Assembly: GCA_026770705.1 (NCBI GenBank)
Contig: JANJGN010000102.1
Location: forward strand, 434,001 to 498,000
Direction: 5' to 3'
Origin: Isurus oxyrinchus
Taxonomy: Eukaryota
DNA length: 64,000 bases
A program made the position numbers and the translations under genes. Shown one piece after another: positions 1 through 12,790 of the stretch. The notes under the pieces were generated by a model. That model was not told where the DNA came from. It did not search any database and saw only the letters and a list, made by a program, of their open reading frames with translations. The first letter of the stretch is position 1. Every line of letters begins with the position of its first letter.

Positions 1-1941
1 CTGTGGAGGCCAGGTCATTGAGTGTATTTAAGACCAAGATAGATAGGTTCTTGATTGGTAAGGGGATCAGAGGTTACGAGGAGAAGGTGGGAGAATGAAG
101 TTGAGAAACATTTTATGCCATGATTGAATGGCGGAGCAGACTCGATGGGCCGATTGGCCTAATTTCTGCTTCTATGTCTTATGGTCTTATGGTCTAAGAG
201 ATAGGGAGGGTTGTAGGAGCTGCAGGAGGTTGCCATAAGATGTAGGAGCACAAGTAGGTCATTCGGCCCATCCAATCTGCTCTGCCATTCAATGAGATTA
301 TGGCTGATCTGATAAACCTCAAATCCGCTTCCCTGCCTTTTCCCCATAACCCTTGATTCCCTTATTGGTTAAAAGTCTGACACTTCCCTCCATGTCCAGC
401 CACACAGCAAAGATGCTCTCAGGCGGTGTACTTGAATGATAGAATTTTGCAGCACCAAAGGAGGCCATTCAGCCCATTGACTCTGTGCTATAAATCTGCT
501 GAGGCCACTGGAATTTTCATTAATCTGGATTGAGGAAATCTGGGTGATTTTATCTGAAGTCTTTTCTGCTCTGCCGCATTTTCTGAGGAGTTTTGAATCC
601 ATTGGCCTTCCATCTTCTGTAGCCAAGCCTTCCATCAACATAACCACCCTCCGCTTGCACCCTTACTTCTGATCTGCCGTGTGGATGGATTTTATCCAAG
701 AGTATAGCTCAGTATAGTTTTCTTATTTGTAAATAAATCTACCCATTAGTTTTAGCCTGAACGGAATGATTTACTTATAGTATCTACAATGTTTAAAGTC
801 AGGAGGAGGATTATTTTGGAACTAAAGGGTGATTGTTAATGTACGAGCTTTCAGGGTGTGAGCAAAGGCGTAGGCTTTGACTCACAGGGCGCTTAAACTT
901 CATTTAAATAAAATGTCATTCTGTCTCACAAGAGGCTCTTCAGTGCCTTTGGTCTACAAAGGGAGGATGGCGATTCCTGCCTATTTCAATTCTGCAATTA
1001 ACGGGTGTTTGCTTAGGCAAGGGTAGGTGTACAGGTCAGCCATGAGCTAACTGAACGGCAGGTGGAACAGGCTCAAGACACAGAATGGCCTGTTCCTGTG
1101 CTCTGATCAACATTCAGTTACACAACATTGAGCTTGGCAATGGGCCCTCCGCTGTTGAAAACCTTGCTGATGTTCACATGAGGAGGAGGAGTGGGCCAGA
1201 GGGCAACCAGCACCCATGGAGCGTAAGCCCTATTGACTTCAGGGAGAGAGGTGAGAAGACTTGGCAGAATCTGTTACATTAGCCAGCGTCCATGTTGATC
1301 TGACTTGTTAACACAGATCTGTAATAAAAATGCAGCAAAGTCTTTGTGAAGTTCTGGGGAAGAAACAGAGGAAGCATTCAAAAGCAAAACTGCATGTATT
1401 GTTAAAACATGGATTCATTTCTTTTCATTTCCTTCTAGACTCCTTCTAGACTCCTTCTAGTGGTACATGTTTGTATGGTAGCCTTGAGCAGACAAAATGC
1501 ACATTGCAATTTTCAATACACTGCGGTCATGTATATCCAAAGCCACTGATTAATGAGTGGTGTCTATTAACAGTGCATAGCACCAGAGAGTGCTGGGGCT
1601 TTAGCCTGCATATGCACAAGAGCCTCTTGTGAGACAGAATGACATTTTATTTAATGAAGTTGTTCCTCTCATTGGCAAGCTTAGTTGCATCCCTGGGGCA
1701 GCAATGTGCAGGGACGGGTGCAGCAGAAACGTCACTTGATTGGTTTCTGGCACTTTGTAGAAGCAAGATGCCAGGGATGTAGATGCCCGCCTGACAGCAG
1801 CCATGCCTGCCCACCCGCCCTCCCGTCTGTGTTGTGGCCCATAATCTCAAGGTGCCCAAGGGCCTGGGGAAAGAAACAAAGTTGTTCATACTAACCCGGC
1901 GCTGTGATATCTTCCGACCCTAATTCTACTTCGTTCCCCAG

Positions 1942-2043
1942 CTCCTAAGATGAAAAGCTGGCCGACTTACGGATACGTGACCGGGATAGTATTCATGATA
2001 CTTGGAATCATAGCCCTGGCTGGAGGAATCAGCAGGTGGAGAG
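1942..2043 (+). CDS. Second beta-chain (WB-like) paralogue: TM exon; upstream exons lie outside the window
   Basis: ttccccag| ... G|GTAGG, 102 nt, phase 1-1. PKMKSWPTYGYVTGIVFMILGIIALAGGISRWR carries GxxxxxxGxxxxxxG. Confidence 0.75.
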
Positions 2044-2108
2044 GTAGGAATATTGATGCATGTTCTAACCAACTCAGAAACTCCACCTGTTTGGCAATGA
2101 TGAGAGAT

Positions 2109-2502
2109 GGTAGTGTTGTGGTAATGTCACTGGACTAGTAACTCCAGAAGCCCAGGCTAATACTCTGGGGACACAGGGTATTCAAACCCCACCCCAGCTG
2201 CTGGTGGAATTTAAACTCAGTTAATAAAATCCAGAATTGGAAGCCAGTCTCAGTGATGGTGACCGTGAAACTACCATCGAATGTCATAAAAACCCCACCT
2301 GGTTCACTAATGTCCTTTAGGGAGGGAAATCTGCCGTCCTTACCCGGTCTGGCCGACACGTGACTCCAGACCCACAGCAATGCGGTTGACTCTTAACTGT
2401 CCCTCTGAAGTGGCCCTTAGCAAGATACTCAGTTTAGGGGGCAATTACAGACGGGCAACGATTGCTAGCCACGCCCACATCCCATGGAAGGATAAAGAAA
2501 AA
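2109..2502 (+). mobile_element. tRNA-derived SINE (further copies about 2900-3300 -, 29400-29710 -, 43478-43810 +, 44540-44810 -)
   Basis: A/B-box-like head, conserved ggttcactaatgtcctttagggagggaaatctgccgtcctt core, LINE-like tail ending A-rich. Confidence 0.75.
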
Positions 2503-2745
2503 TGATGTGCCTCCATGAGAGGGTGGCATGACAGATTTGTGTTTATAAGCCCCTGTGTACACAAAACCAGCCAGCCCATGAGTTCAGCCGTCACTTCCAT
2601 CTTTCCCCCATTAGGTGTTCCTGGATTGCAGAATGTGTTTCACTGGGGGATGGGTTTCACTGATTTCCGAGAGGATAGGGGCTGGCGGTGGGGAAGAGAG
2701 TGTCAGCCAAGGATTCGGAGCTAATGTTGACTATTTCTTTCCCAG

Positions 2746-2832
2746 GGCTCCATGCCTGTGGCTCACAACCTGAACCAAACCAGAGTCAAGTCAACACGCA
2801 TTCCAATGCGTATTCCTCTAACACGGATTTAG
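2746..2832 (+). CDS. Second WB-like gene: Ser-rich cytoplasmic exon
   Basis: ttctttcccag| ... G|GTAAC, 87 nt, phase 1-1. GLHACGSQPEPNQSQVNTHSNAYSSNTDL shares the HSNxxxS motif and size with 11236-11325. Confidence 0.68.
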   Translation, partial: GSMPVAHNLNQTRVKSTRIPMRIPLTRI

Positions 2833-3634
2833 GTAACAGAGTGACATTTGGTCTCTGCACTGTAGCACGCGTGCACAAGCACTTAATTTTCTTTTGTCCT
2901 TTCATGGGGATGTGGGCATTGCTGGCTAGCCCAGTATTTGTTGCCCATCCCCAATTGCCCCTTGAACTGAGTGGCTTGCTAGGGCCTTTCAGAGGGGAAG
3001 TTAAGAGTCAACCCCCACTGCTGTGGGACTGGAGTCATGTGTAGGCCAGACCAGGTAAGGACGACAGATTTCCTTCCCTAAAGGACATCAGTGAACCAGA
3101 TGGGGTTTTTACGACAATCGATGCCTAAAGGACAGCAGTTTTTACAACAAAGAAATCAATGCTATGAATATCTCGTTTTATATTCCAGATTTATTAATTA
3201 AATTTAAATCCCACCAATTGCTGTGTTGGGATTTGAACCTGTGCCCCCAAAGCATTAGCCTGGTCCTCTTAACTGTAAGTCCAGTGACAATACCACAATT
3301 CCACTGTCTCCTCAATGGTGCACTGTGTCTATAACCTCGCAGCTAAGTTCTGGATGGGAACTGCACTGTTGCTGAGGTGTGTGAAACTCATCCTCCACAT
3401 TAGCATGAGCTCTGCCCAACCTGCTTCAACTCTTGAGGTTCTTCAATCTTCCCAAGGACCCTTTCCCCAACTTCCTTCCCGATCTCAGTCCGGTAACTCC
3501 TGACGGAAAGCATGCAGGCAGACACAAGGCAAGGACGTTATCGGACCTGGCCGATGCTCACAGTCTGGCCTCCCACACAATGCACAACTCCTCAGATGAG
3601 CATAGAGGGTCTATGGACTCTGTGCCCCTGCAAG

Positions 3635-3666
3635 AGGCAGCGACTGCAGAGAAAGACAGATTGTAG
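3635..3666 (+). CDS. Second WB-like gene: last coding exon
   Basis: cccctgcaag| AG GCA GCG ACT GCA GAG AAA GAC AGA TTG TAG |GTAAAC = EAATAEKDRL*. Same KDxx-stop-donor design as 9131-9160. Confidence 0.55.
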
Positions 3667-4324
3667 GTAAACACCGAGAGAGACTATAGTGAAAGAGAGA
3701 CATGCTGCCAAAGCTTTTCATCTTGGACTCCTCAGGACGAACCTAAGAATGCCAACTGTCAGGCGATCACAACAGTTTATACTAGGGAGAAAGGTGCCAA
3801 TTGGTTGGCAGGTTGACTCTGATTGGCCGAGGAGTTACCATGGAGAAAGCAACAGGGAACCATTGGCTCCCTGAACTCCCGAGTAATTCAGAAAAGACAC
3901 AAACCTTGAACATGTTTCTTTTGCTTGCAGAGGGTGGGGCCCTGTGTATGAATGTATGTCACTTCGAGCAAGCATAAATGAGCCACATTACGTGCTTGAC
4001 TGATTATCTTAAATTGGTTGTTAGTGTCACTTGGCGCACTCAGGATTGTTCAGCAAATGCTGCACTTTGTCCTGACAAAAACATTGTTGGCAACACATCC
4101 CCTTTTCCAGCCATATTAAGTTCTGTGCTGTCAATTGACTGATGGTGAAATTACAGCAGCATTATAATTATCTTCTAAAATTAACGTGCTAGCACCATTC
4201 ACGTAGCCCTATACAGCTGCTCGGCAGCAATGGAGAATGTAACAGGAATTGGAGCGTTACAAACAATACTAAACTCTTGTTACCTGTAGATATCTGTCAT
4301 CCCCTCTTGCACTTTTCTTCCCAG

Positions 4325-4835
4325 GAGTATGGACACAGGGGGAGGCTAATCACCTCTATGTGGAAAGTGAACGGACTCCCAGACCCATACCCACTTGAAA
4401 CGGAGCATCAAACTCAGAACCCCCAACCCTCCCCATCCCCCTCCCAGATATCTGGAGACTGAGAGACGTCGGCTGAATCTGCCTCCACTCACCTTCCGAA
4501 AGAGCGTGTCCTGTGGAACCATGAGTCGGAATTCAGTCCAATCGATCACTTCAGAGACTGACTCAGAGGAGCTGACTCTGCGATACAATACACCTCTGGT
4601 TTAGTCTGTTTATTTAACTCTTACTACTCCAGGCTCTGTTAACCTGCGAGAAAAAAACTCATGGCTACTGTTCCACCCTTATTTAATTGATATAATTCTC
4701 ACGTGGCTCCTGCTTGTAGTTACTCCACCGTCACTTGTTACTTTCTGGATTGTTAAAATACATGAACGAGAATTATAAATGGAAACGAAATATACAAAAA
4801 CATAGGAACCAAATAAACTTTAATAGAAAATATGG
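4325..4835 (+). other. Probable 3' UTR exon of the second WB-like gene
   Basis: Pyrimidine-rich acceptor cttttcttcccag| at 4324, non-repeat sequence, AATAAA at 4812-4817. The end coordinate is approximate. Confidence 0.45.
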
Positions 4836-5229
4836 ATCCTCACACACAGAAGAATTAGGCTTTTGTTAATATAGATATAAACCTGATTGAAATTATTGGC
4901 TTTAATGTACAGCTCTCCCAATGATCTCCGATGCCACATTTGGCATCATTTGTTGATGTGACGGAGTTAGCAAAGTGCAGCAGTCAATTCATCATTAATT
5001 GCCCCCTTAAGGGCCCCAACTGGGGCTAGGGCTGGCCTTGGCTTCTAGGCTTCGTCCATCCCACTGTAAAATTTTGGACAGGCTGGGCAGGCTGGAGGAT
5101 GAAATCTCCCCACCAACTAGTCCGACAGTCCAGGAAAATAAAAGCTAAGCTCATTCATCTGGATTTCCACTCATGGGTGCTCATTCGTCCTTCAATCTTC
5201 GACACTGAATGCTCTTTTCAAACCAAATA

Positions 5230-8060
5230 TTGGAGAAGCTGGGACTGTTCTCCTTGGAGAAAAGGAGGTTGAGAGGAGATTTGATCGAGGTGTTCAAAAT
5301 CACGAGGAGTCTGGGACAGAGCAGATAGGGAGAAACTGTTCCCATTGGCGGAAGGATCGAGAACCAGAGGGACACGGATTTAAGGCGATTGGTAAAAGAA
5401 GCAAGGTAGATACGAGAAGGAATTTTTTCACGCATCAAGTGGTTAGGGAATGCACTGCCTGAGAGTGTGGGGGAGGCAGGGTGAATGAGAGCTTTCAAAA
5501 GGCAGTTAGGTCATTATTTGGAAAGGAAGAATGTGCAGGGTTACAGGGAGAGGACGGGGGAATGGCACTGGATGAGTTGCTCATTTGGAGAGCCAGTGCA
5601 GATAGGATGGGCTGAAAGGCCTCCTTCTGCGCTGTTACAATGCTGTGATCCTGCGATAATCTCCTGGCTCACATTCTGCACAAGGAGTACCAGCTTCTGT
5701 CTTCAATCGAGGTCCTGAGGATGACAAGTGAGAAGTGGACTTTACACAGGAGGCGTCTCTCTTGTTGGGGAACAAGGAACAAGAATCCTGCTTTATTAGA
5801 AAATCACTGGCACCTGGAGTCTGTGATCATCTCCTCCCCATGACTTTAATCCCAATCTGCTGCTTGCTCCCCTGATCTTGTGCCCTCATTCTAGATTCCC
5901 CCACAAGGGGGAAACATCCTGTCAGCATCTACCCTGTCAAACCCCCCTGGCTTCAGATTCTGATTTGTTTCAATAAAATCACCTCTCATTCTTCTAAACT
6001 GCAATGGGCACAGGCCCAACCGGCTGAACTTTTCCCCATAAGACAAACCTCTGATCCCAGGAATCAACCAAGTGAAGCTTCTCTGAACTACTTCCAATGA
6101 ACATACCCCACCTTAAATAAGGAGACCAAAACTGTACACAGTACTCCAGGTGCGGTCTCACCAATGCTCTGTACAGTTGCAGCAAGATTTCCCTACTTTT
6201 ATACTCTATCCCTCCTCGCAATAAATGCTAACCTTCCATTTGCCTTCCTAATCACTTGCTGCACTTGCGTACTAACTTCTGATTCATGCATTCATCACAG
6301 AACCTGCTGATTCAAGTATTTGTCATTACAGTAAAGGGTGGGGGGCATCATATTCAGTGCTAATACTTGAATGTGTCAATGGGAGACATCTATACACAAT
6401 TTTTCGACCCTCCCTTTGTGCATCATGTCCATCTTGTGACGTTCTTTCCTGTGAAGGGATACATTTTCTGAAGGAAGGAGGCGGAGAGACAGTATAAAAT
6501 AAAGGGTACAATTCTATAGTGGGTACAGGAGCAGAGGGACGAGGGTGTATATGTGCATAAATCATTGAAGGTGGCAGGACAGGTTGAAAGAGCTGTTTCC
6601 AAAGTATATCGTATCCTTGGCTTTATTAAGAGGGGCATAGAGTATAAGAGCAAGGAGGTTATGCTGAATTTATACAAGACACTCGGTTAGACCTCAGCTG
6701 GAGTATATATGGATGCCACATCATAGGAAGGATGTGAACACAAAGAGAGTGCAGACGAAGTTTACAAGAATGGGTGTTTCAGGAATAAAAAACTTCAGCT
6801 AATGAGGATAGATTGGAGAGGTTGGGACTGTTCTCTTTGGAGAGAAGGCTGGGAGGAGATTTGATAGAGAGGTTCAAAACCATGAGGGGGCTGGACAGAG
6901 TAGATTGGGAGAAGCTGTTCCCACTCGTAAAAGGATCAAGAACAAGAGGGCACAGATTTAAAGGAAACAAGCGTGATGTGAGAAATAAACTTTTTCACAT
7001 GGCGAGTGGTTCGGGTCTGGAATGCACTGCCTAGAAGTGTGGTGGAGGCAGGCTCAGTCGAGGCATTCAAGAGGGCATTAAATGGTTATTTGAATAGAAA
7101 TAATGTGGAAGGGTATGGGGAAAAGGCAGGGCAATGGCACTAGGTCATAATGCTCATTTGGAGCGCTAGCGCAGACACGATGGGCCGAATGGCCTCCTTC
7201 TGTGCCATTAAGGTTCTGTGATTGTGTGGTGTAGATAAGTTATTGAAGGTGACAGGACAGGTTGAGAGAATGGTTAATAAAGCAAGGAGTGTCCTAGGCT
7301 TCATTAATCGGGGCATACAGAACAAAAACAATGAGGTTATGGTAAAAAGATAAAAGCAAAATACTGCGGATGCTGGAAATCTGAAACAAAAACAGAAAAT
7401 GCTGCAAAAACTCAGCAGGTCTGACAGCATCTGTGGAGAGAGAAAAACAAAGTTAATGTTTCAAGTCCGTATGACCCTTCTTCAGAGCAGAGGTTATGAT
7501 AAACTTGCATAAAACACTAGTTCAGCCTCAGCTGGAGTATTGTGTCCAGTTCTGGGTGCTGCACTATATGAAGGATGTGAAGGCTTTAGAGAGAAAGAGA
7601 GAGAGAGAGTGAGTGCGGCAAAGATTCAAAAGAATGGTTCCAGGGATGAGGGACTTTGGTTCCATAGACAGATTGGAGAAGTTGGGACTGTTCTCCTTGG
7701 AGTAAAGGAGGTTGAGAGGAGATTTTTTGGAGGTGTTCAAAATCACGAGGGGTCTGGGACAGAGTAGATGGGAAGAAACTGCTCCCAGTGGCGGAAGGAT
7801 CAAGAACTAGAGGGACACTGATTTAAGGCGATTGGTAAAAGAAGCAACGGAGATGTGAGGAGAAACTTTTTCACACAGCGAGTGGTTAGGATCTGGAATG
7901 CGCTGCCCAAGAGTGTGGGGGAGGCAGGGTCAATTGAGACTTTCAAAAAGGAATTGGGGAATGGACAGGGCACTGGCACTGGGTGATTTGTTCTTGCATT
8001 GAGCCACCACAGACATAATGGGCCAAATGGCCTCCTTCTGTACTGTCACTATTCAGTGAT
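5230..8060. mobile_element. Cluster of nested, truncated CR1-group LINE 3' fragments (both strands)
   Basis: LVRPHLEYCVQFWSP and LGLFSLE.RRLRGDLIE motifs in several short ORFs. Confidence 0.85.
7347..7489 (-). mobile_element. Short Penelope 3'-end insertion inside a CR1 fragment
   Basis: Similar to 16460-16594. Flanked by GAGGTTATG(G/A)TAAA at 7333-7346 and 7490-7503. Confidence 0.75.
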
Positions 8061-9130
8061 TCCCTGATAATGCAGACTTCGGTGGAGGGCTGGAACGGAT
8101 TTGGGGGAGGGGGGTGTCAGGGGCGCTTGGTAGGTGCTGCGAAAAGATTCCGCATGAAACGCTGGTCAGAGTAGCTCATGGACAGCCCCCATGCGGCAAC
8201 CAAAGGGGAGGCCATTCAGCCCCTCGAGGCTGTTCCAACATTCAATCAGATCATTGACCACATTCCAAATGACACTCCAACTCAACAAAACTCTATCGAT
8301 CCAAGTCTTAACTATTTCAATTGACCCGCCATCTAATTGGGAAACAGTGCCCACGTGTTCTGGATTCCTCTGCCAAGGGGAACAGTTCCTCTGCATCCAC
8401 CCCCTCCCCAGCTGGTGTCGCCTTCCTTAAGGAGGTCTGTGGGTAACATCCCTGCCTCTGAGCCGGAAGCCACCGGTTCAAGTCCCACTCCAGGACCTGA
8501 TGATTCGTAACGCAGTCAAACAGGTTGAGTATCAACTTATAATTCCTTCCAACACACGCACCACTTAGAGTGGGAGAGATTCCTGGTCATTCATGTGGAG
8601 GAAGGAAATTAGCGCCTCTGACTGCCATTATCCATAGCTCTGGACTACAACATGCAGGTAACCCAGCCCTTCAGAGGGCTGGACTGCTGCTCTGGATCTG
8701 ACTGGTGCAAACAGCACAGTGCCAGATCCCTGTCCTGGCTGGGGTGGATTTGTGAGCTGTCCCTATCCACAATGGAGATCAGGGCACAGTGGGTCAGACA
8801 GCAAACTAGAGAAGGTAGCCTTCATGAGGGTGCAGTGCCCCAAGCTGAGCAGTTACTTCAATTGGGAAGTCTGAGCAAGGCGCTTATTGGCCTGAACTAC
8901 CACATCTTCCCCTTTATAACTTAGCACCCCTGCGATAAAGACTTTCTTTCAGCTTTGCCTGCTGCTTTCTGTACACGTTCATAGCTTGTAGTCTTCTGCT
9001 TCACTTGAGTCCTCATGGTCGTTCCCAAGCGAAGGCACTGAGGGTCCATTACAGGGGTGGTAGGGATGGGAGACAGACTCTCCTCTCCTTTAATAACTGG
9101 CAAATTGCGGACGACATACCATGCACTCAC

Positions 9131-9160
9131 CTTATACCGTGTCCTTTGTCAAGCCATCTC
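9131..9160 (-). pseudogene. WB: WB last coding exon
   Basis: ttctgtcttccag| GA GAT GGC TTG ACA AAG GAC ACG GTA TAA G |GTGAGT = GDGLTKDTV*, with a donor 1 nt after the stop. Confidence 0.7.
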
Positions 9161-9594
9161 CTGGAAGACAGAACAAAACTAAAGTCAGCGTGTGGACCGG
9201 GGTTTTGAGCTGGTACATTCTCAAACTGCTTACACCTCTACAGCGAGATCTCTGCTAACCAGTGTAATAGGGCTTGGCTAATGTTGGGCAAGCTGCTGGG
9301 CACTGGTCCTGCCCCATACTGTGTGGGCAATCCACTCACAGTGCAATTGTGACAAGTACAGAGGCTGAATCTGAATGTTCACGGACTGCAAGAGATGGGT
9401 GTCACTGCAGTCCTACAAGGAGAAGATGCCTTGACTAAGCTCAGCTGTTCTGCAAAACTGCCAATGTTTCAATTGACAGCAAGTGTAGAGTACTTGAGAG
9501 ATTCCACGGAGGCCTGGGGTGGATTAATCCAAAAGCTCTTTCTCACTCCTTCAATCGCAAACCCTTAACTTTCTGACCCAGAAGAGGCAACATT

Positions 9595-10380
9595 TACTGC
9601 CCATCCCTAGTTGCCCCTTGAGAAGATGGTGGTGAGCCACCTTCTTGAACCTCAGCAGTCTGTACGGTGTAGGTACACCGATGGTGCTGTTCGGGAGGGA
9701 GTTCCTGGATTTTGACCAAGTGACAGTGAAGAAATGGCTGATGTATTTCCAAGACAGGATGGTGAGTGACTTAGAGGGGAGATTCCAGGTGCTGGCGTTC
9801 CCATGTGTCTGCTGCCCTTGTCCTTCTAGATGGTAGCAGTTGTGGGTTTTGAATGTGCTGTCGAAGGAGCCTTGGCGAGTTCCTGCAGTGCATCTTAGAG
9901 ATGGTACACGCTGCTGCTACTGTGCGTCGGTGGTGGAGGGAGTGAATGTTTATGGATGTGGTGCCAATCAAGTGGGGCTGCTTTGTCCTGGATGGTTTCG
10001 AGCTTCTTGAGTGTTGTGGGAGCTGCACTCATCCAGGCAAGTGGGGAGTATTCCATCACACCCCTGTCTTGTGCCTTGTAGATGGTGGACAGGCTTTGGG
10101 GAGTCAGGAGGTGAGTTACACGCCACAGAATTCTCAGCCTCTGACCTGCTCTTGTAACCACAGTATTTATATGGCTAGTCCAGTTCAGTTTCTGGTCAAC
10201 GGTAACCCCCAGGATGTTGATAGTGGGGGATTCAGTGATGGTAATGCCATTGCTGCATTTGGACATGGACTCTTTTAGCATTTGGGGAGTTGGTAAACAA
10301 TCATCAGCGAACATCGCCAATCTGACCTTGTGATGGAGGGAAGGTCTTCAGTGAAGCAGCTGAAGACGTTTTGGCCGAGA
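9595..10380 (-). mobile_element. LINE 3' fragment of a second CR1/L2-group family (further copies about 30050-30490, 43820-44190, 44820-45160, 50000-50430)
   Basis: MFADD ... LGVTVDQKLNW ... MEYSPLAWMSAAPTTLKKL; tail shared with the local SINE. Confidence 0.8.
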
Positions 10381-10499
10381 ACAGAATAGGACATGATGGA
10401 GTCCATCTTTCTGTGCCTAAGGCCTCCAACCTGCACTACATCTAGTCTATTGAGCATTGCTGGAAAGGTGAGCTATATTGAGGGTCCGACTGATAATAA

Positions 10500-11065
10500 T
10501 GGGTGCCCGTGCGATGCCAGGTATGTAGGTTGTATGTGCCAAGGACTGGCAGGTCATATCAAATAGCACGTCCCTTCAGCTGTTCGCAATAGGCAGAGTA
10601 CTGAACGTCCTCAACCAGCTCGTGCTTGCAAAACTCAGAACATTAATGTCTAACATTAGATGTGATTCCATGATTGGAGAGCACTTACTGAACAAGCCTG
10701 AGCGTGCTAAGAATTATACTGACAACCATTCTAAGATTACCAGTCAGACTTGCAATGTGGCTCACTTATACCTGCTAAAAGCTACATATATTCGTTCGCA
10801 GGGTCCTGTCCTCTGCAGGCAAAAGGAACATGTCCAGGTATTGCGGCTTTTGTTCAATTGAACAAAGGTGTGGCGGACAATAGTTCCCTGGCAATGCCTC
10901 AACCTATCAGAGATATCTGCCAACCACTCAGCACTCTTTTCTTATGCAGTATAAATTGTTGTTCCCTCTGAAATTTGGCATTCTTGCGTCTGTCATGATG
11001 AGTGCATGACAAAAAGCTTCAATAGCCTCTCTCTTTTTTTCAGCTATACTCAAGTTCTGTACTAC
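10500..11065 (+). mobile_element. Second Penelope-like family, decayed GIY-YIG/3' end (related copies about 3690-4060 -, 31200-31520 +)
   Basis: CDARYVG...HVP...IGEHLL remnants; shared 3' block with a CTGATGA/GAAA-like motif. Confidence 0.65.
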
Positions 11066-11235
11066 AAAGTGACTAAGGAGACAAGTAACGGAGCTTGTTT
11101 TATAAATGTACATGCCGTTCCCTTTCTGAATGCCAGATAGATGCTGCCCTCACGCAGAGCACAATGCACAGAGGCCACAGCATGAGCCAGGCTTTTGACT
11201 ATCTTGTTCCCAGGCACCGGGGGTGGGGCCATTAC

Positions 11236-11325
11236 CTGAAGTTGCACTGGAGGCTGAGGTGTTCGAATGCATGCTGGTCTGAGTGCGGTTCGACTTCCGC
11301 TGCTGTTGATTTTTCCAGAAAAGCA
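11236..11325 (-). pseudogene. WB: WB cytoplasmic exon 2 (Ser/Thr-rich)
   Basis: ttccctacag| ... G|GTAATG; 90 nt, phase 1-1. VLFWKNQQQRKSNRTQTSMHSNTSASSATS resembles the paralogous exon at 2746-2832. Confidence 0.72.
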
Positions 11326-11437
11326 CTGTAGGGAAGCAAGAGTGACCAAGAGCTTTTGTGAATATAAGTGAGGTTCTCGCCATGTCGATGCCCGCGGTCA
11401 TTTCTTTTTTTGTGTGTGTTTGTGTATTTACACTTAC

Positions 11438-11467
11438 CTTTTAGTCCAGGGATTCGGGGTTGGTAGC
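11438..11467 (-). pseudogene. WB: WB cytoplasmic exon 1
   Basis: ttccctttcag| GC TAC CAA CCC CGA ATC CCT GGA CTA AAA G |GTAAGT = (G)YQPRIPGLK; 30 nt, phase 1-1, strong splice sites. Confidence 0.75.
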
Positions 11468-11989
11468 CTGAAAGGGAAATAAATCAGGGTTGAAATCTTG
11501 ACAAGTGAATGGAACGGCCAGTTAGAAGTTAGAAACGGGGGCAGGGGTAGGCCATTTGGCCCCTCAAGCCTGCTCCATCATTTAACAAGATCATGACTGA
11601 TCTTCTACCTCCACGCTACTTCTCGGACCTGTCTCCAAATCCTTTAATTCCCTCAATGTCCAAAAATCCATCGACCTTATTACGAACTCAGGACTCTATG
11701 TATTAAATTGTCGCTTTTAATTCAAGGTGAAGTTGATTTTCCTGGAGAGGGGGTTGTTGATCATCCTAAACTCCGCCCGGAGACAGGCCCTTGTGATCCA
11801 TCGCCAAAACCTATGGATAATGAGGCGGCAATTTTGACACAAAGGAGGGACAGCTGGTTTTCTGTGCATAGACATAGAGACCAGGAAAGAGAGACAGGAA
11901 CTGCTGTGAAAAGCAGAGTTAAAGACTGACTTTTATGTTAGTCACCACAATCTGCTGGTAAGCACTGGCTCTCTGTACAAAGAGAGGGC

Positions 11990-12790
11990 ACATGGCCTTT
12001 ATTGAAAGAAGGTTGGATTATAAAAGTAGGGAAATCTTGCTACAACTGAACAGGGCATTGGTGAGATCACACCTGGGATACTGCGTACAGCGTTGGTCTC
12101 CTTACTTAAGGACGGATACACTCACATTGGAAGCCGTTCAGAGAAAATTCACTCGGCTGATTCCTGGGATGAAGGGGTTTGTCTTATAGGGAAAGGTTGA
12201 GCAGGTTGGGCCTCTACCCATTGGAGCTTAGAAGAATAAGAAGTGAAAACATTGACAATTCTGAGGTGAGAAGCTTGACGAGGTGGATGCTAAGATGTTT
12301 CCCCCTCGTGGGGGAATCTGGAACTGCTGGCGGAGGTCACAGTTTCAGAATAAGGGGTCTCCCATTGAAGGCGGAGATAAGAAGGAATTTCTTCTCTCAG
12401 ATGGTCGTTCATCTCTCCCCCAGAGAGGAGTGGAGGCTGGCTCACTGAATATGTTCAAAGCCGAGTTAGACAGATTTTTGATCGACAAGGGAGTCGAGGG
12501 TTATGGAGAGGGGACAGACAGGAAAGTGGAGTTGAGGCCACAATCAGATCAGTCAGGGTTATCCTAGGAACCAGCCGAGAGAACCTTCACTGAACTGCTT
12601 CTCATGCAGTGATATCCATTCTTATGTAAGGAGATCACAACTGCTCTCAGTGCTCCAGGTGCATTCTAACTAAGGCACAGGACAGCTCTATAAAGATTTC
12701 TCTACTCTGATACTCCATCCCCCTCGTAATAAAGGCCAACATTCCATTTGCCTTCCCAACCACTTGCTGCATCTACGTACCAACATTTTG
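11990..12790. mobile_element. CR1 3' fragments
   Basis: ALVRSHLGYCVQRWSPYLR and LGLYPLE motifs. Confidence 0.8.

Noticed and set aside
2109-2200. tRNA gene
   Set aside because: It is a SINE head continuing into SINE body; no cloverleaf.
4395-4604. Protein-like ORF RRRLNLPPLTFRKSVS...
   Set aside because: Lies downstream of the inferred stop and no phase-compatible splice was found; treated as UTR.
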